A DNA stretch of 64,000 bases, from NCBI GenBank assembly GCA_040768745.1, contig JAXGMI010000001.1, forward strand, positions 32,001 to 96,000. Reading direction: 5' to 3'. This document shows, piece after piece, positions 58,346 through 64,000 of this stretch; position 1 is the first letter of the stretch, and every line of letters starts with the position of its first letter. The translations under genes were made by a program, and so were the position numbers. The notes under the pieces were generated by a model, which made no database searches, was not told the DNA's origin, and was given only the letters and a program-made list of their open reading frames with translations. The stretch comes from Desulfomicrobium sp. GTDB taxonomy: Bacteria > Desulfobacterota > Desulfovibrionia > Desulfovibrionales > Desulfomicrobiaceae.

Positions 58346-58367
58346 AGTCATACACTGGAGGTGTGGT

Positions 58368-59327
58368 ATGAAGTTTTCCGTAGGATTGGGCAAACCTGGA
58401 GCCGAGGAACGGCTGCAAAAAAGCGGGATCTCTCGTCGAGATTTCATGAAATTCTGCTCCACCATTGCCGCGGTCATGGGCATGGAGGCATCATTTGCCC
58501 ACAAAATTGCCCTGGCATTGACCGCTCCCCAGCGTCCTTCCGTAGTCTGGCTGCACAATGCGGAATGCACCGGGTGCTCTGAATCCATTTTGCGCGCCGT
58601 CCGGCCCTTTATCGACGACCTGATCCTCGACACGATCAGTCTCGACTACCACGAAACCATCATGGCTGCCGCCGGCCACAAAGCAGAAGAAGCTCTGCAC
58701 AAAGCGGTCAGCTCACCCAACGGTTTCCTCTGCGTCGTCGAAGGGGCCATTCCGACCAAGGACAAGGGGATTTATGGCAAGGTTGCGGGCCGGACCATGC
58801 TCGACATCTGTTCGGAAATCGTCCCCAAGGCCAAAGCCGTCATTTCCTACGGCACCTGTGCCACCTATGGCGGCGTGCAGGCGGCCAAACCCAACCCCAC
58901 AGAGGCCAAGGGCATCAACGACGCCCTGAAGCACCTGGGCGTCAATGCCGTGAACATCCCCGGGTGTCCGCCCAACCCCTACAATCTGGTCGGCACCATC
59001 GTCCATCTGCTGACCCACAATCTGGCCATCCCTGAGATGGACGAGGTCAACCGCCCCATCATGTTCTTCGGGGAAACCGTGCACGAGAACTGCCCTCGCC
59101 TGACCCATTACAATGCCGGCGAGTTCGCCCCCTCCTTCGATTCGGAAGAAGCACGCAAGGGCTGGTGTCTGTATCAGCTCGGGTGCAAGGGTCCGACCAC
59201 GTACAACAACTGTCCCAAGGTCAAGTTCAACCAGACGAACTGGCCCGTGGAAGCCGGCCATCCCTGCATCGGTTGCAGCGAGCCCAATTTCTGGGATGCT
59301 GCGTCGCCCTTCTACGAGGAAGCGTAA
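58368..59327 (+). CDS. hynB: Periplasmic [NiFe] hydrogenase small subunit (hynB in D. vulgaris nomenclature)
   Basis: [17 protein letters not shown] Tat signal, [16 protein letters not shown] and GHPCIGC. Confidence 0.95.
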   Translation: MKFSVGLGKPGAEERLQKSGISRRDFMKFCSTIAAVMGMEASFAHKIALALTAPQRPSVVWLHNAECTGCSESILRAVRPFIDDLILDTISLDYHETIMAAAGHKAEEALHKAVSSPNGFLCVVEGAIPTKDKGIYGKVAGRTMLDICSEIVPKAKAVISYGTCATYGGVQAAKPNPTEAKGINDALKHLGVNAVNIPGCPPNPYNLVGTIVHLLTHNLAIPEMDEVNRPIMFFGETVHENCPRLTHYNAGEFAPSFDSEEARKGWCLYQLGCKGPTTYNNCPKVKFNQTNWPVEAGHPCIGCSEPNFWDAASPFYEEA

Positions 59328-59377
59328 TTGTCCGCTGCGTTCGGCTCAACCATTACTGAATTATAAGGAGAGCATAT

Positions 59378-61087
59378 ATGTCCGGTTGCAAACCCAACCA
59401 AGCCCCGGGTGTCGTCGCCACCCCCATGGACAAAACCTACAAGGGACCCATCGTGGTGGATCCAGTCACCCGCATTGAAGGCCACCTGAAAATCGAAGTG
59501 GAAGTGGACCAGGGCAAGGTCGTCAATGTCTGGTCCAGTTCCCAGCTCTTCCGCGGACTGGAACTGATCCTCAAGGGCCGCGATCCCCGTGACGCCCAGC
59601 ACTTCACCCAGCGCTCCTGCGGTGTGTGCACCTACACCCACGCTCTGGCCTCCACCCGCTGCGTGGACAATGCCGTGGGCGTGGACAAGAAACTGCCCGA
59701 CAACGCCCGCTTGATCCGCAACCTGGTCCTGGCCGCCCAGTTCCTGCACGACCATATCGTACACTTTTATCATCTTCACGCCCTGGATTGGGTGGACGTG
59801 ACCGGGGCTCTGACCGCCGATCCCGTCAAGGCCGCGTCCATCGCCAATTCCATCTCTCCCCGTCAGACCAAGGCCGAGGACCTGAAGGCCGTGCAGACCA
59901 AGGTCAAAGGTCTGGTCGACTCAGGTCAGCTGGGTATTTTCACCAACGCCTATTTCCTGGGCGGACACAAGGCCTACTACCTGCCGGCCGAAGTCAACCT
60001 CATCGCCACAGCCCATTACCTGGAAGCCCTGCACCTGCAGGTCAAGGCTGCCCGGGCCATGGCCGTGTTCGGCGCCAAGAACCCGCACACCCAGTTCACC
60101 GTGGTGGGCGGCGTGACCTGCTATGATGGCCTGACCGAAAAGAGGATCACCGAATTCGTCGAGCTGTTCAAGGAAACCAAACAGTTCATCGATGAATGCT
60201 ACATCCCGGACCTCCTCGCCGTGGCGTCCTACTACAAGGATTGGGCCGGCATCGGCGGCACCACCAACTTCATGAGCTTCGGCGAATTTCCTTACGTGGA
60301 AAGCGACATGAACAGCCGCTGGCTGCCCGCCGGGGTGCTCTACAACCGGGACATCAGCAAGGTCAACGCGTTCGATCCCAAGCTCATCACCGAGCATGTG
60401 CGCCACAGCTGGTACAAGGGCGACAAGGATCATCACCCCTACCAGGGCGTGACCGAACCCCAGTACACCAATTACGAGGACCGGGACCGCTACTCCTGGA
60501 TGAAAGCCCCCCGCTACAACAAGACCTCGGTGGAAACCGGACCCCTGGCCACAGTGCTGGTCGCCTATGCCAAGGGGCACCCGGAAGTGAAAAAGACCGT
60601 CGACTACGTCCTGAATTACCTGGGCGTGGGCCCGGCCGCCCTCTTCTCCACCCTGGGCCGCACGGCCGCCCGCGGCATCGAGACCAAGGTCATCGCCGAC
60701 AAGATGATGGACTGGGTCAACGAACTGGCCGACAACGTCAAACGCGGCAACACCAAGATCTACCAGGATTGGAAGATGCCCGACGAGGCCGAAGGTGTCG
60801 GATTTGTCAACGCCCCGCGCGGTGGCCTGAGCCACTGGATCCGGATCAAGGGCGGCAAGATCGAGAACTTCCAGCTGGTCGTGCCCTCCACCTGGAACCT
60901 CGGCCCGCGCTGCGCCGAAGGCAAGCTCTCGGCCGTGGAGGAAGCCCTGGTCGGCACGCCCATCGCCGACGCCGAACGTCCTGTGGAAATCCTGCGCACC
61001 GTGCATTCCTACGACCCATGTATCGCCTGCGGCGTGCATGTCATCGACTCCAGAACCAACCAGGTTCGCAAGTTCAAGATTCTGTAA
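59378..61087 (+). CDS. hynA: Periplasmic [NiFe] hydrogenase large subunit (hynA in D. vulgaris nomenclature)
   Basis: DPVTRIEGH, RSCGVC and YDPCIACGVH, plus a 15-aa cleavable tail. Confidence 0.97.
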   Translation: MSGCKPNQAPGVVATPMDKTYKGPIVVDPVTRIEGHLKIEVEVDQGKVVNVWSSSQLFRGLELILKGRDPRDAQHFTQRSCGVCTYTHALASTRCVDNAVGVDKKLPDNARLIRNLVLAAQFLHDHIVHFYHLHALDWVDVTGALTADPVKAASIANSISPRQTKAEDLKAVQTKVKGLVDSGQLGIFTNAYFLGGHKAYYLPAEVNLIATAHYLEALHLQVKAARAMAVFGAKNPHTQFTVVGGVTCYDGLTEKRITEFVELFKETKQFIDECYIPDLLAVASYYKDWAGIGGTTNFMSFGEFPYVESDMNSRWLPAGVLYNRDISKVNAFDPKLITEHVRHSWYKGDKDHHPYQGVTEPQYTNYEDRDRYSWMKAPRYNKTSVETGPLATVLVAYAKGHPEVKKTVDYVLNYLGVGPAALFSTLGRTAARGIETKVIADKMMDWVNELADNVKRGNTKIYQDWKMPDEAEGVGFVNAPRGGLSHWIRIKGGKIENFQLVVPSTWNLGPRCAEGKLSAVEEALVGTPIADAERPVEILRTVHSYDPCIACGVHVIDSRTNQVRKFKIL

Positions 61088-61181
61088 CGAACCGGGGCCC
61101 CTTTTCGGGGCCCCTTCCCTCCTTGATCCCGTCCCGCAATGCGCGCGGCGGGACACTTTATCCCTCAACGCGGAAGGGCCA

Positions 61182-61673
61182 ATGACCGAGTCGGACAAGC
61201 GCATTCTTGTTCTTGGTGTGGGCAACATTCTTTTCACCGATGAAGGCATCGGCGTGCGCTGTATCGAAGAAATGCTGACCAAATATACGTTTTCCGACAA
61301 CGTCACCCTCATGGACGGGGGCACCATGGGCACCAAGCTGATGGGACCCATCATGGAAGCGGACCACCTGATTGTCTGCGATGCCGTGCTCTGTGATGAC
61401 AAGCCGGGCGCCGTGTACCGCCTCGTGGGCGACGACCTGCGCAAAAGCCTGGCCTTCCGGGATTCCATGCACCAGACAGACCTGGTGGACACCCTCGGCA
61501 TGTGCGAACTGGTCGGCAACCGGCCCGAAGCCATCGTCATCGGCATGGAGCCTTCTGACTATCATTCCATGGCCCTGGAACTTTCCCCCACCGCCCAAGC
61601 CTGCATGCCCGCGATGATTGCGTCCGTCATCAGGGAAATCGAGAAGGCCGGCGGCACCTGCACCCAGATCTGA
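61182..61673 (+). CDS. Hydrogenase maturation endopeptidase (HyaD/HybD family)
   Basis: LVLGVGNILFTDEGIG, DGGT, DAV and SMHQ. Confidence 0.92.
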   Translation: MTESDKRILVLGVGNILFTDEGIGVRCIEEMLTKYTFSDNVTLMDGGTMGTKLMGPIMEADHLIVCDAVLCDDKPGAVYRLVGDDLRKSLAFRDSMHQTDLVDTLGMCELVGNRPEAIVIGMEPSDYHSMALELSPTAQACMPAMIASVIREIEKAGGTCTQI

Positions 61674-61683
61674 AGGAGGCACC

Positions 61684-61962
61684 ATGTGTCTGGCCATTCC
61701 CGCACGAATTGAATCCATCACCAACGGCGTGGCCCAATGTCGGGTCGGCGAAGGCGATACCTTCGTCAGTGCATCACTCATGCTCCTGGACCAGGAGGCG
61801 GGCCTGGGAGACTATGTCATCATTCACGCCGGCTTCGCCATCCGCAAGCTGGACCTGAGAGAAGCCCAGGAATCCCTGACCATTTTGCGCGACCTGGCCC
61901 AGGCCTATGAACAGGAACAGGCCCGGTACGCCATGGAAGCCGAAACCCGTGCCAAGGTGTGA
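61684..61962 (+). CDS. hypC: Hydrogenase chaperone HypC
   Basis: MCLAIPA start, GDYVIIHAGFAI and GGAGG RBS. Confidence 0.95.
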   Translation: MCLAIPARIESITNGVAQCRVGEGDTFVSASLMLLDQEAGLGDYVIIHAGFAIRKLDLREAQESLTILRDLAQAYEQEQARYAMEAETRAKV

Positions 61963-62770
61963 TCCCGACCGCGCCCTGGGCAGCCTTCTGGGCCTTGCGG
62001 TCTGTGAGGCCCTGGCCGGGTCCAGCCAGACGGTCTTCCCTGACGCCCCCCTGCCCTGCGGCCTCTTTGGGGACGGGACATCCATGGCCCTGGCCCTGGC
62101 TGAAAGCCTGACCGAAATGGCCGCCGTGGATCAGCGGGACCAGATGATCCGTTACGCCAGCTGGTTTCGCTACGGACATCTGAGCGCCACCGAGACCTGC
62201 GCGTTCATTGACGAGTCTGTCAGACAGGCCATTGTGCGCTTCGAAAAGACCTGGGACCCTGAAGATCATGGTTCAGAGGGAGACGTCTGTCTGGCCCGCA
62301 TGGCGCCTGTAGCCATCTTTTTTTACGGATCTCCGGAAAAAGCGCTGGAGGCCTGCGCCCAGACCACCCGCACCACCCATGCCGGACCACACAGCCTGGA
62401 GGCCTGTGCCCTGCTCACGGCCATGATCTTCATGTCCTTGGGCGGTCATGGCAAAGCAGATATTCTCCGCCACGCCCGGCACGACCCTGGCCTTGCCCAG
62501 GTTCCCCCACCGGCCCTGGATGAACCAGACACGCGGTTTTCCCTTGCGGCCATGTCGGCTCTGCGCATGGCAGTGGAATCCTTTTGTGCTGCCGACTCCT
62601 TTGCCAAAGGTGCGCTGTCCTGCAGACAGTACGGCCGCCGGGCCATGGCCGCCTACGGCCAGTTGGCAGGGGCGTGGTATGGGGCCGCCGCCATCCCGCG
62701 GCCCTGGCGTGAGAGCCTGGTCAAGGCCGATCTGCTCCGACGCATGCTTCAAGGTCTGCTCGAAAACTGA
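61907..62770 (+). CDS. ADP-ribosylglycohydrolase (DraG/ARH)-like protein with degenerate active site
   Basis: DRALGSLLGLAV, TSMALALAESL, RMAPV, TTH and GQLAGAWYG...IP..W fit the ARH fold. Start is uncertain. Confidence 0.75.
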   Translation: MNRNRPGTPWKPKPVPRCDPDRALGSLLGLAVCEALAGSSQTVFPDAPLPCGLFGDGTSMALALAESLTEMAAVDQRDQMIRYASWFRYGHLSATETCAFIDESVRQAIVRFEKTWDPEDHGSEGDVCLARMAPVAIFFYGSPEKALEACAQTTRTTHAGPHSLEACALLTAMIFMSLGGHGKADILRHARHDPGLAQVPPPALDEPDTRFSLAAMSALRMAVESFCAADSFAKGALSCRQYGRRAMAAYGQLAGAWYGAAAIPRPWRESLVKADLLRRMLQGLLEN

Positions 62771-62916
62771 ACTTTTCCGTCTCTTGCCAAATCCCATCAC
62801 GGCCGGTAGCATGCTTTCACCGTACGGACGGGCATGATCTTTTTCCCCTTCTCATCCTCTCCTCGCGGGCGACCAATTTTCGTCTGCCTTCTTCACGAAC
62901 ACATCAAACAGAGAGC

Positions 62917-64000
62917 ATGACTTACATGAACAGCCGCATCTCCACCGTCTTTTTTATCGTCATCCTCCTTCTGGCGGGAGCCCTGGGCGGACTCTACTAC
63001 GTCAAGGCCGAATGGAAGCCTCCTGTGCTCTCCGTGACCCCAGAGCATTCCAGAGCCAGCGCACGGACAATCTTCACTGTCACGTCATCAGATCAGGACT
63101 CTGACCTGCGCGCCCTGAGGGTTGCCATCCAGCAGGGTTCGAACACCCTGGACATCGTCAGCAAGGAGCTCCCGGAAGGAACAACAGAACTGCGGGAGGA
63201 ATTTTCCCTGCCGAAAACCGGGATCAAAAACGAGCCCCTGACCCTCACTGTTTCCGTCACCGACACTTCCTGGCACCATTTCGGCAGGGGCAACAAGGCC
63301 CAGATCGTGCGTGAGCTGAACATAGACTCCAAACCGCCCATGGTGTCCGTCCTTTCCGGCCAGCACAACGTCAACCAGGGCGGCGCAGGGCTGCTCGTGT
63401 ACAGTACCGACGAGGAGCTGGCCATGTCTGGCGTGAGGATGGGGGATTACTTTTTCCCCGGCTATCCCTACCAGCCTGGAAAATATCTCTGTTTTTTTGC
63501 CGTTCCCTACCGTCTGGATTCCAAATCCGTCACCCCGTCCCTGTTCGCCACGGACCTTGCCGGCAACGAAGTCTCTGTCGGTTTTTTCTTTCGCCCCCTG
63601 CCCAAGAAATTCAAGCACGACAGCATTTCCATCTCTGACAACTTCCTGCAATCGAAAATGGGCCAGTTCACCGAGATCTATCCGAACCTGAGCCAGCCCA
63701 TCGATATTTTTCTCAAGGTCAATTCCGAGTTGCGGGCCAAGAACGTCAACGCACTGCTCCAGCTCGGCAAGGACACCGTCCCCCAAATGCTCTGGAACGG
63801 CCCCTTCATCCGTCTGCCCAACAGCGCACCCATGGCTGGCTTCGCCGACAACCGCACCTATCTCTACCAGGGCAAGGCCGTGGACAATCAAACCCACCTG
63901 GGAGTGGATCTGGCCTCTTTGGTGGCCTCCCCTGTTCCCGCAGGAAACACGGGCCGGGTCATCCTGGCCGAATTCATGGGCATCTACGGCAATGTGGTGG
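62917..64000 (+). CDS. M23-family metallopeptidase, runs off the window end
   Basis: Open frame from MTYMNSRISTVFFIVILLL (TM) to QTHLGVDLAS...GIYGNVV (HxxxD motif). Confidence 0.88.
   Translation, partial: MTYMNSRISTVFFIVILLLAGALGGLYYVKAEWKPPVLSVTPEHSRASARTIFTVTSSDQDSDLRALRVAIQQGSNTLDIVSKELPEGTTELREEFSLPKTGIKNEPLTLTVSVTDTSWHHFGRGNKAQIVRELNIDSKPPMVSVLSGQHNVNQGGAGLLVYSTDEELAMSGVRMGDYFFPGYPYQPGKYLCFFAVPYRLDSKSVTPSLFATDLAGNEVSVGFFFRPLPKKFKHDSISISDNFLQSKMGQFTEIYPNLSQPIDIFLKVNSELRAKNVNALLQLGKDTVPQMLWNGPFIRLPNSAPMAGFADNRTYLYQGKAVDNQTHLGVDLASLVASPVPAGNTGRVILAEFMGIYGNVV

Noticed and set aside
63088..63897. 269-aa minus-strand ORF
   Set aside because: It is an antisense shadow of the + strand M23 peptidase that runs off the window end.

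Overview
This is a GC-rich chromosomal window from a sulfate-reducing deltaproteobacterium. The gene content is Desulfomicrobium/Desulfovibrionales-like, which is an inference from the hydrogenase and rnf genes. Housekeeping blocks: an RRM RNA-binding protein (partial); an Fe-S protein/HtpX/quinone oxidoreductase/acyl-CoA ligase run; a YbhGFSR-type ABC exporter; pilMNOPQ; ycbK-ycbB and a D,D-carboxypeptidase; ybaK; the dhcA-rnfCDGEAB-apbE operon; ACT plus UPF0210; purT; and a [NiFeSe] hydrogenase operon (in-frame UGA = selenocysteine) divergent from a [NiFe] hydrogenase operon. An accessory stretch at about 18.2-34.8 kb holds an IS66 with a frameshifted tnpA and a tandemly duplicated end, att-like scars, an internally deleted IS3-like element, YhaO/YhaN (Mre11/Rad50-like), a tRNA-Asp-like 3' fragment, a pcm plus membrane methyltransferase pair and an orphan DUF4391 gene. 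An IS1182 sits in the rnf terminator. The most intriguing observations are a terminator-like hairpin with a UGA-ending leader ORF just before the [NiFe] hydrogenase, an unrecognised ~116-aa domain present in two copies, and a catalytically degenerate DraG-like gene overlapping hypC. Family assignments come from motif recognition only; no database searches were run.
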